A stretch of DNA of 64,000 bases from Klebsormidium nitens (lineage: Eukaryota > Plantae > Klebsormidiophyceae), in assembly GCA_000708835.1 (NCBI GenBank), contig DF236990.1, positions 124,001 to 188,000 of the forward strand. The letters are read 5' to 3'. Shown here piece after piece: positions 25,401 to 36,595 of the stretch. Both the position numbers and the translations under genes were made by a program. The notes under the pieces were generated by a model. The model was given only the letters and a program-made list of their open reading frames with translations. It did no database searches and was not told where the DNA came from. The stretch's first letter is position 1. Each line of letters begins with the position of its first letter.

Positions 25401-28400
25401 TGGCACCGATGCGGTTGTCGCTATTCCGGGGGGGCAGCTCCGGTCTTACATGCTCACTGCGCACGACCCCAGCGGGGTTAATCCGGTCGCTCCGGGGTTC
25501 CGGAACGGGAGCATCGACTCTGCGAACGGAATGATTTCGATGACGTACGTGCATCTTTGTTCACATCGTCTGCTTGATTCGGATATTTCAGAGGTCGAGG
25601 CAACTTAGGCTTCGCAACCTCAGTCTGGAGAAGGCGCATGAGAGTCCGACGGTAAGAGCAACGGAACTCGAACCTGACGGAACCGGCCGGAACGGACCAG
25701 AACTCATCATACAGCCTCGATCTAGCATGTTGGAATGGAGCAGATAATCAATCTTCGAATCCATTCGAAGCGGTTGAGAGCATAGTTCAGGTTCTCACAC
25801 AGATTCGTTCCATCCTTTCATTCCGCAATCGGCTGTTCCGTTCCGCTCGCAGGTTCACGCGGGACCTGACGGGGCCGGGCAGAGTCCCCATTAACACCAT
25901 CGGAGGCACCTTCATTGTCTGGTCGACTTCTGCGGCGCGAACGCCCAACTTTCCGGGGCCAGAATATCACGGCAACGACAAGTGAGTGCAGGTCGACTCA
26001 GTTCCTGACTTCTGTTTTTAAGAAGAAAAGTTTTATTCATGTTAATAGAGATCAGAAACCAATGATATCAGTTGTTCTTGTAAGAAAATAACGCGTCTCT
26101 AGATTCTCTAAGCCCTGAGCGCAAGTTTGCCATCCGTCTATCGGTTGCTAAAACTGCAAGGTGAAGTCTAGGGCATTTTTATGTTTACGGAACTTCCTAC
26201 CCGTATTGGATTTGTTGTGGTGACAAGATGTCGGACTGTGATCTCCCTCTGTTTTGCCTATTTCTCAGCACCTTGACGGACTTTGAAAGTGACTGCGGAC
26301 TGCGTAGAATGACTTTGAGTCATACAAAGAGATGACTTTTGAAAGGATGGATGCCTGTTGTTTGATGACGTTTTAGACGCTCTCGTCTACTCCTATCCTT
26401 CGACGGACAATGTCGAATTCAAGCTGCACTCTTCAGGGGTGCTGTATCCATCGATTTCGCGAGCGGGGTATCTGGACCGCCCATTTCGGCGTCCAGTCTT
26501 CCGCCGAGGACCTACTACAAAGCCCACGGCTGGATGATGTGGGTCGCCTTCGGAGTCCTCTTTCCGCTCGGGATAATGACCGCGCGTTACGGCAAGAGGT
26601 GGGACCCCTACTGGTTTTGGGCGCACGTGGGAATCCAGATCTTGGCAGGTAAGGCAGTCTTCCGACCTGAATCAGTTTCTTTCTAGAATCTCAAGACTCC
26701 TGGGAGGGGTGTTTTCTAGAATTTTGCCTGTGTCCAATGCAGTCGTTCATGATTGGGTAGCATGAACGAGCGTGGATCAGAAAGAGGGCTGACCACCCTC
26801 TCAGTATCAGCTTTCACTAGTTCCATACATTCCGTGGCCCTCCTACCGATCAAAGCTGTTGCGTAGGAGTCCACTGTCCCTTTCCTGCGGTGCAAAGACA
26901 ACCTGTTGATGATTGCTGGGTATCTCTTAGAAAAGCACGCAATTGTCCTGCGTTTCGGTCTCCTTACTGCTGTGCTCTTCTCGCTTCTGAAAGTGGATGA
27001 CTTATAAAGCTGCGTCTCCGGAACTGCAGTGTGCGTCGCGACGGCCGCGGGCGGCATCGCGCTCGCGAGGTTTAAATCCGGACCCCTGCTGCACAAGAAC
27101 GTGGGGCTCTCCGTCTTGATACTGATCTGGATTCAGGTACGCAGACGCGAATCCGCTCGTTCGCCTGGCCTGCTTCTTCGTCATATGTTGACTTTCTGAC
27201 ACACTTCCTTAATCATGATGACGTTACTAACGAGGTGGTTCATAGTCACTGAGACCCGTGCACTTTGCCGTCAACAACTGATTTGCTGCGCCCCTCAGAG
27301 AAGCTCCTATCGAGCTCTGCGTGCCCTGATTCTTCGTGACTTGCTGTTTGCTACTTTCATTTTTGCTGACGTCACCGTTGACCTGATCGATGACGTCAAA
27401 ACGCGCGCACTTTGCAGCCGGCACTAGGCCTGACAACGGCAACCTCCTTCGCCGGCCCTGCCTCTTTCTTCATTGCCTGCTTGACACAATCTCTCCTTTG
27501 CTAACGTCACACCTAGGGTCTCTGACGTCACTAACACTGGAGCTTTCTGCAGCCGGTACTGGGCCTGCTGGTGCGCCCTCACAAGGGCAACCTCCTTCGC
27601 CTCCCCTGATTCTCCCTACAATTGCTTCTTGACACTTGCTTCTTCGCTGACGTTATTCATTTTCTGACGCATCGCTGATATATTTGCTGACGTCGTGACA
27701 CCTTGCAGCCGGTGCTGGGCCTACTGCGCCCTCACAAGGGCACCCTCCTCCGCCTCCCCTGGTTCTTCCTCCACTGGCTGCTGGGAACGACTGCAGTCGT
27801 TCTCGCGTGGATCAATATCTTTTGGGGCCTCGACCGGTACCGCTTCCGCTTTGGTAACACCCTGCGGGTGCGTCTCCAGGGTTTTCGCTCCATCTCTAGT
27901 TCGACACAAACTCTTTTACCATGTCGGTGGCGCATGTTAAAAAGGGTCTCGTCAGACTCCTTTCTGGGCTAGGCCTCTTCCACTCTATCTTTGGAAATAG
28001 TTTCTCGCTAGGTAGGTGATTGTCTACACTCGAATCACAGAATTTGTATAAGCGACGACGCCCCAGCTTATTTGGCACTTCGCCCCAGATTTCGCTGCCT
28101 GGGTCCTCCTTCGAGTACCACCATCGGACTCGTGTACGTAAGGTCGCTTTCTGAGCTGGCACCGCGCATCCTGGCTTATGCGCTTCAGCTGCCCTCTTGA
28201 GTTGAACGGGTAGCTGTGGGATCAAGAAAGCTACGCCGTTATGTTCAGATCTTTGCGCTCGTAACCCTCCAGGATAGTGCTCTTACTCACAACTAGAAAA
28301 ATCCGCTCAATCAGTGCGGACGTTCTCACACTGTTAGCGAGAAGGAAAGAGAAGCAAATACTGGCAAACCCACTTTCGCATTGGAATATACGGCTGCAAG

Positions 28401-28755
28401 ACTTCCCTTCTGTACTGCTCAGCGTTTTTTGCTCGTCAACGATTTGAGTGCTCTTGTTATTCTGAGATTCGAAGCAGGAGGTTCAACAATATCTCACAGA
28501 CATTGAGCCCCGTGCCGTGTTTCTTCCCAGGTGTGGTACGTTCTGTGGGCAATCATCCTCTCTTTCTGGGCCTTCCTCTACCTCTTCCTGGCGACTTGGC
28601 CCGAGTTCAAAGCCCAGTTGTGTCGCCCAATTCCAAAAGAGGATCGAAATGCCACGGACTCCGCCCAATCCACTACGGAGGCTCCTGCGCCGGCGAACGA
28701 CGAGGCTTCGTCTTGTCGTTCGAGGTCGAGTAGAGGGGTGCGCGCCGGCCCATGA
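22488..28755 (+). CDS. Signal peptide + DOMON + Pro-rich linker + DOMON + cytochrome b561 (CYBDOM/FRRS1-like), copy 1, with an apparent 1-nt deletion near 24867. Exons 22488-22672, 23203-23311, 23763-23941, 24239-24358, 24644-24900, 25296-25544, 25853-25981, 26437-26648, 27030-27136, 27709-27867, 28531-28755
   Basis: DOMON motifs YTLHW..WVAVGFSRNGMMVGSEAVVG and GWIAIGVSPTGGMIGTDAVV. The b561 domain has four His: AHGWMMWVAFG, WAHVGIQ, LLHKNVG, FLHWLLG. Exon 5 is 257 nt although both flanking phases require a multiple of 3. Confidence 0.88.
27400..27712 (+). repeat. Two degenerate tandem copies of the acceptor and 5' end of the exon starting at 27709 (copies start 27418 and 27553)
   Basis: tttgcag|ccggcactaggcctg..., tctgcag|ccggtactgggcctgctggtgcgccctcacaagggcaacctccttcgcctcccctga versus the true ttgcag|ccggtgctgggcctactgcgccctcacaagggcaccctcctccgcctcccctgg. 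Confidence 0.9.
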
Positions 28756-31700
28756 GTGCGCGCGCGCGGCTTTTGAGGTACCGTAGATGCTCGCGCGCAG
28801 ATTGCGAGGTGGCCATGTGCTCTGGGTATAAGCGTAACAAGCCTTCCAGAGTCTCTATATGTGTCCATTCAACCAAGATTTTGAGATTCCTCAGATAGCA
28901 GGTCGTAGGTAAGTTCTGAATCATGATTCGTGGAGTGTGACAGACCCGTCTGGAGATATATCACATAGATGAGAGAATTGCGCCCGATAAAATCTTGCTT
29001 ACAGGATCCATGCTTCGTGGCATGTTTAAAACACAAATGGGTCTCGATCTGTGCCGCAAACAAGAAGTGCGATGTACGTAAGTGCAGGACATGCACGCAG
29101 ACTGAAGAGTCAGCTTAACCCAATAGGCGAACGTCTCGGGAAGCGTCACCACATTGCAGCTCAATGTTTGCATGTCATACGTCCTCTTTGAACGCTGAGA
29201 AGCGAAGTGACCTCTAAAGCATACTAGAACAAGTCCCGCGATCTGAACCTGCTTTTCGACGCTTCTAAGCGCCGAGGATGTCTGGATGCAAAATCACATC
29301 CCAATCGCAACGCGGGAAGAAAGAACGAATTGAACGGGCCCTTCCACTATGCCTCGATATGGCGAGCGTCCTCGATCCGCTGTCGATAAATGGCAAATAA
29401 TAAAACGTAGCTGATATCATGAAGGAAATTGGTTCTCGAGCAAGTGCAAAAAAGCAATTTGTGCTTGAAGGTCGAAGCTAGACCAAGGTGATCCAAAGGC
29501 CCAGATTGACATTTGACCGGCGGAATCACCGTTTCAGCCCCGCGCGCGTTCCATCCCGCGCCAAGAAAACAGATCAGAGAAAGGCCCGGCGCTCGAACCG
29601 TCAAGCTACGGTAGATGTCTCGGTGGATCGAGATCACCATCTATCTGGTTTGCAACTCCCGCTGCTCTGCTTAGCTTCATCTCGTTCATAATGTTGACGA
29701 AGCAAGATTGTACGACGGGTCGTACGCATGCATGCGCTCAGATTGATCGGAGACGTACCTGCGTTGTCAGTCATTGATCGAAGCGATCCGTACCGTCAAC
29801 GTTGGTCAGTCTTGCATGAGCGTTTACTTGTTCTTTACAAGATCATATGTCTGCCCTAAAGTCGGCAGCTTACCAGGTGTCAGCTTTGCATCCCTTGGCT
29901 GACATCTTCCATACGTGTGGAATCAATGCCCGGACAGAAAGGGCTTACTTTGGGCATGTGCATCAGTGAGAAGCACCATGCGTGTCTTTGCTTGTTGCGA
30001 AATTAGACAGAAAGCCACGTGTTGCAGCAAGCCGCATACGCGCGTGCGCTGTTCTGTCCAAGGCCCCTCGGAAGGGATTTTATGCCGTGGAGTCAAGAGC
30101 GATCCTTTGATGGCCTTTATTTCAGTGCGCGTACCAATCACCTAAAGTTACGTGCAAGCCTCTAAGCTCTGGGGCGTTTGCAGTGCTTGACAAAGTTCCC
30201 AGCTCGCTTAGAAACACAAAGTTAGCGCCGTGTATCCTCGAACGCACAGTACCTTCCCTTCTAAGAATGTGGCCACGTCGAAGAGAAGCGTCAGTCTGCA
30301 GAACAGGGCTATCAATGATATTACTTCGGATTTCTCCTTGTTTTCAGCAAGGGCGAAAGCCCTTTGAGGAGTTTGTTTGCCAACGCGCGGAGCGACAGCT
30401 GTAACAAGTTCGACTAGGCCAGAATCAGTTCAGTTTCATTGCGCTCTCTAGACCGCCTCCCTCACTGACAGCATGGATGCGGAAAGCTTGCTTCGAATGC
30501 AGAAAAAGAAGGAAGAAACCCACATTGTTAGGATGGAAGTTCCCCTCATCACGGCTGCTTTGTTGCTGCTCGTGATTGGTCGGGCATCCGCTCAGAGCAG
30601 CTGCGACTCGTCGCCCTTGCCGGGGTACAGCTGCGCGGCGGACGGAACGGACGAAGACACCGGGGCTCCAACCGGGTGAGACCACAATTCCACACATATT
30701 CTGGTTTCGTGTCTGGTGATCCAAAACAGAGAGATATTGATGAAGAAGCCTTAACAGTGTTTTACGGTCTAGAATATCTCCTGATCTCGTCGCAGAGCAG
30801 TCTCTTTGATTTGAAACGTGCAGATGGTGAAAAGGTTGTTAGCTGGCTTCAGCAAAGGATTGGGAATAGGTTTCTGGGGATATTTTGAAAGGCGCATTGA
30901 ACTCCGAGTCACTGGGATCTCAGATACCTTCTTTCCGGCCGACTCTTCCCCCTTTGTCTAGTCTCTAATTACAGTGACTCTCCTTCGAAGTTACATGTTC
31001 TTTGTCCTCGCTAGCACGCTGCAACCCTTTCACCCTGCTGACCTGTGCGGGTATCAGACAGATACGCTTTCAGACAGCTTTCCCACCTGATGCCCAGACA
31101 CTGATTCAAGACCCTCTATACTCCAAAGCATTTGAAAAGGCTACTTACCGATGATCTCGACCCTTTTGTAGGTTCGTCTTGCACTGGACTCTGGTGGATG
31201 TGAATACGGTCGCGCTCGCGGGGGAGGCGCCGACGGACAGCTGGATGGGCGTGGCCTTCTCCCGCAACGGAAGCATGGTAAGCGGTAACTTCGTTCCGTT
31301 GCGCGGAACAGCGGAACCAATCTAAAGTTACTGTAGCTTCTTGTACGTGCACTGTGCGAATGAAGCAGAGTGGAAAGGAACAGGAGGCTGCAGCTGAACA
31401 AGATTGCAAAGGTAACCTTCTCCGATGTACAGGTATCATTCGAGCTGGTATCATGCAATCAGCAGCAGACTGACCGGTTCGCGTGGGAAGATCCGGAACA
31501 ATGGAACAGCGGAATCACCAATCTCAGACGTCTGCGCTTCTCATACAGGTCGGCAGCGAAGCAGTAGTGGGCATCGCGAAGGTTCCTTCGGGGGATCCCC
31601 CCGTGCAGTCTTACAAGCTGGTCGCGAAGAACGTAAAGCAGCCGGCGGCGTCGGTCCAAGCAATCAATAGCTTGAAGATCGAGAACGCGTCCCTCGCTAC

Positions 31701-34700
31701 TGCTTCTAATGGGAAACTGCTACTCAGGTGTGCACGTGATGACTTGGATCCATGCATCGATTTGCTTTTTCCGAGGTGTCTTTTCATATACATTTTTAGA
31801 TGTTTGTCGTAACACATGCGCGTACGGTTGTTGCACTTTAGCAGAGTTCGTCAGAAGTCTCGGACCACGTATTCACGCTATATTTCCTACTGCCCAATAA
31901 GTCCTGGAAACACTTTGAATGCAAACGGAGCCGCTCACGAGGTTAAAATTTGATGATCTCCGAGTTTGTAAAATTTTGCGCTGTGATTCAACAAGAGGTG
32001 ACCGTCCACCTCAGAAATGCTTTTACGGCCAGCCTGCGCAGGCATTATAATTCCGCCCTCCTGTTGAGTTACGCCTCCAAGAAAACAGCTCGAGTTTTTT
32101 TTCTACAATCTTGCGTAGACCTTACAGAAGCTACGGTGAACTGGACGTCGGAAAATCCTGACGCCTCTACGTGTTCTCTCTAAAACTAGATCCGAGGGTT
32201 TTTGCCTGACGTAGTTCTGAGTCTGTCATCTGTCGCTTTTAAGGCAGTTTTCAGAGGTTTATTCCGGACGGCGGGAGCGTTCCGGTGCAGCTGAACGGAA
32301 TCAACAACATCATATGGGCGTTCGGGCCAAACGGGTCTACTTGGCCGTCATTCCACAGAAAGAACTTGTGAGAAAGCAAACCCTTTGGATCTCCTTTCCA
32401 TTCAAGATGCTCAAGACGCTAAGGATTGAGGTTGCGATTGCCAATCGAGAGTCGCGTAGCTTACGAACAAAATCTACGTTAGATAGGCCCTTTATATTTG
32501 AGCTCAAGTTGACTTAGGACCGTAAAAGGGCTTGCGTCGAGATCAACAGATTACGGCCTCCGTTTTGCAAGAAGCACACGGGATAAACTTCGGCTCATGA
32601 AACCAAGTTAGCCGACCTACGGCACTCAGCAGCTGATTTCCTTTGCTCGTGAGTACAGAAACTAGAGCTAGGAGAAAGGGTAGTTTCAGGCGTTGCGTTA
32701 TCAAGTCGCGGTACTGTCAGGAAAAAACTCGTCTCGCAAATGGACCAACGAGGCCAGCCCAAACCTACGTTTTTTTGCCATCCCTGCCGGAAACATTACT
32801 ATGCTCGTAACAGTGACAGTGCCTAGATGAGTCACTGAATTCCTAATCATAAGGCCAACTAGTGAAGTCTCTTCATTGATTGCTAAACCTAATCCTCAAA
32901 TCTTGTGTACAGTGGCCATATTCCGGTTGATTTGAGCGCCGCTCCTTCCGCTCAAGCCACCTCCGACGAAACCTCGGTAACGGATTCCGTCCCGGCCGCC
33001 GGCGGCAGCCCCCTCGTGCCAGCTGGCAGCCGCCGGTTGGCCAGCACACCGGAAGTACGGAGGCGGCTATTGAGGGCTCCCGCGCCGTCGCCGCGAGGGG
33101 GATCCCCCCAAGGTGTGCACAAAATCGACGCTGCCGGGCTTTGACTGCCAAGTCGTAGCAGACGCATCGCTCGGGTAAGTGAACCGAGTGTGCTCGGGAG
33201 TCTCAAAACATCCCTCTTGTTCTACTAACTAGATTCCAAAGAGCTTTTCTAAGAAAAAGCGGACGTTTCAGTTAGTTATTTCGTTCTAAGCAGGGCTTCC
33301 GGCTCGAACATACTAAAACATCAGCTTTGTTTGTAGTTTCCCGCTAGAATATTAACGGCTTCCAGGGAGATCCGGGTATTGTGAAAGTTTTCATTTGAAC
33401 CATACTGGCCCGAGACGCTTCATCTGCATGTAAACAGCAGTGGCAATCGAAGTCTGTCCGTTAAACTAATGAAGTGTGGTCTGATCTGCTAAAATCCAGC
33501 CATTCGAACATGGGAAGAAGCGTACTTGTCTCTTGGATTCATGCTTCTTCGCACACTGTCAAATGATGAGCAAATTTTGATCATGTGCTCAGCATCGGGA
33601 CGAGATTACTCGGAGTGTGACTTTCACCTTCCAGAGACCTCTTTTCAAACCCGATCAATAAAAAGTGGTACCGCTCTTTCTCGTGCCAGGTTCATGTTCC
33701 ACTACGCGTTCCGCCCCCCTTCGGTTTCGTTTTTCGTTGCGGCGACCACTCATGGCTGGATCGCTCTGGCCGTGTCGCCCTCTGGAAAGATGGTAGGTTC
33801 CGATGCGGTTGTCGCTGCTCCTGGAGCGCCGCTCCAGTCTTATCTGCTGAAAGGACACGCGGCCAGTTCCGTTGTTCCGGCCGCCGCGAGCTTCCGGGAC
33901 GGTTTCGTGAGTAACGGAAACGGAACGGTGACAATGAGGTGAGGCTGACAAGCTGTTTGGTTCTGAGCCGACTTCGTCGATGCTTACGCCGTCAAAGGAA
34001 GTAACTGCTTTCGCATAATGAAGAAAGCGAGGAAACGGAGGGAAAGAAAGCTTTCCCCAAGCGTTTCAAGGTATGCGTAGTGAAGTATATTATTGATCTC
34101 GGACATATTTTCAAGACTCGCATCGTACAATATATATCCTGCTTTCTCACCGAGTTGGAGGTCCCAGAAAACTATATGGTATAAAGAAGCTTTTTGAGCA
34201 GCCCGCACCAGGAATCAGAACCAAGCCTTTGTACGTATTTCCTTGAACCCTTGGGCTTCTCCATCTTCTCTAGGAACTTCCTAACGTTAGTAACTCCCCA
34301 TGTCTGTGGTTTGCAGAAACAAGCTTTTGGTCGTCCACTGAACCAATCACAGCAGTCGCGAGCATCGAAGAAATCATCCTCGTACCACCTTCTGATCCGT
34401 TCTGTTCCGTCCCGCTCGAATCTTCCGCAGATTCACGCGGAACCTGACAGTCCCCGGCAGAGTCCCCATCAATTCCGGCGGAAGCACATTCATCATCTGG
34501 GCGACGTCGGCGGACCGCACAGCGCCGTTCCCCGGCGCAGCCAATCATGGACCCAACAAGTGAGAGACACGTTTCCGTTTTGAAACGATTTTCACAAAAA
34601 GTTACGTACTGTTTGCCGCGTTCGACCAGATTGTCAGTTGTTTGCAAGCTCGTCACATGGCCAACTCTTTCGTTCGATGCTGCACGGATATAGAGCAATC

Positions 34701-34989
34701 TCCGAGGCCAAATTTTCGCGCCTCGCCACTTGCCGGGATAATCTGTTCAAGTTGAGCTGCGCACCTATTCCTACCAATGGACTTTCCGGCACGCTGAACA
34801 GACTCACTTTTCGGGACCGCCTCGCACAATCCTGCATAATCACCTTCATCAGAAAATGTAACCACCCGTGCCTCTACCCTAGAGTCTCTAGAAAGGGAGA
34901 CACTTTCCCAGTACTTCTCACAAACCGTTCCTTCTCACCTGTTCTTTTACCTGTGTATGGTAAAATATCTAGGCCTTGTGTTTCAACGC

Positions 34990-35240
34990 AGGACCCCTCC
35001 CTTTTGCTTGCAGGGGCACTTTTTCCATCGACTTCCGGAGCCGCATATGTTAATGATAATTTTAATACTAATATTCAGCCACCCGTTTTTTTACTATGTT
35101 GTGGAAAATTGGGAGATGATTTCCAGCACTTTTCAGACACTATTCTTCTTCCTTTTATTCACCAAGTCCGTGGCCTTGCTAAAAGGCATTAAAGCCCTAT
35201 CTTTTAAAAAAGAACTCGTCCTTATTGTTGCAGGGGCACT
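34990..35240 (+). repeat. Upstream copy (start 35014) of the acceptor and 5' end of the exon starting at 35234
   Basis: ttgcag|gggcactttttccatcgacttccggagccgc versus ttgcag|gggcactctttcgatcaacttcgggagccgc. Confidence 0.9.
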
Positions 35241-36284
35241 CTTTCGATCAACTTCGGGAGCCGCTAATCGGGGCCCCCCGTCGCGGCGACCACCGGTCCC
35301 CCAAAGAGTTACTACGACGCCCACTCCTGGATGATGTGGGTCGCCTTTGGCGTCCTTTTCCCGCTCGGGGTTCTGATCGCGCGCTACGGCAAAAGATGGG
35401 ACTCTTACTGGTTCTACGGACTTCTGGCCATCTAGATTTTGGCAGGTTCGCATTCCTCCTTGCTCTGCCGTATCTGACTGATGCGTCCGGTTTGGGAAAA
35501 CTCTTCACGTCCGGGAACCATTTTGCGCGGTGGCAAGTAAACACGAGCGATGCTCTTTCATACGTCTCGGTAAGGGTAGATTGCCCTTTTGGGGAAAACG
35601 GTACGGGTTCGTCATGCAGATCTAATTATCAGATCAGAAAGTCAGTTTCGTAGCAGATTGTGGGCGCCCATAATTCACAGCACGCTTTTTACGATGAACT
35701 GCAGTGTGTCTGGCGACGGCGGGGGGGGCTATCTCTCTGGCAAAGTTCAAGGTCGGGTGCCTGCTGCACTCGCAGATCGGACTCGCCGTTCTAGTTCTCA
35801 TCTGGATCCAGGTGAGCAGACGCTGACCCATACGTTTCCTTACTAAAGCGCTTTAATTACTGGCTCTATTTTGTTTCTCGATTATGCGGTGCTTCTGCTG
35901 ATCCTCCAATTTGAAACATCGTCCTCCTTCGCGACCCCTCATCTCAGCTCTGCTAGCTACAGCGGTCGGCCGCATCTCTTGCTGAAGTCATCGTGCTGGG
36001 TCTTCTGACGTCAACGTCCCGAAACCGCGCCGATGCAGTTTGATCCGCCCGTGATCCTTTCCCGCGCCGTGGTCTTCTCCCGTCTTTCCGCTCACGTCAT
36101 CGCATCTGCTTCAACTCACCAATGTCCTCGCGTTACACGTCATCTGTTTATTGCGGGTTTGTTCCGTCCCCCGCAGAAGTCCTTTACACGGGGCCCAGCT
36201 GTTCCATTTCGACTAACAGCTCGAAGCCTCCCCATTTGCTGACATCAGATCCCATTTCTGCTGCATCCCGATGCGAAATGCGTC

Positions 36285-36595
36285 TCACTCCATACTGATC
36301 CTGCTGCGCCCCGACAAGACTTACGCGTCCTCCGTTTCGACATGCCTTGAGGCTCGTTGAACCGTCTTCCTTCATTGACGTCATCAGCGAGCTCTATATC
36401 TCGCATGCTGACGTCACGGAATCCTCATGTGCGGCTGGTGCGGATGGGCCTGACCCGCCCGTACGAGGGCGCTCTCCTCCGCGCCCGCTGGATCCTGTTC
36501 CGCTGTAACGAAAATGTCCGTCATCTGCTGATGTCAGCAATGACGAATAAAGCTGCTTCGCTGCCGGCACTGTGCCCAAATCTTTGCAGCCGGTT
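36285..36595 (+). repeat. Two strongly degenerate copies of the 5' end of the exon starting at 36590
   Basis: ctgatcctgctgcgccccgacaag (~36295) and gcgg|ctggtgcggatgggcctgacccgcccgtacgagggcgctctcctccgcgcccgctgg (~36435) versus gcag|ccggttctaggcctgatccgcccgcacaagggcaccctcttccgcgcgccgtgg. Confidence 0.75.

Noticed and set aside
35265-35435. TAA/TAG read as Gln (alternative genetic code)
   Set aside because: Other genes here end in TAA or TAG, the TAA aligns to Val, and CAG to TAG is an ordinary transition.
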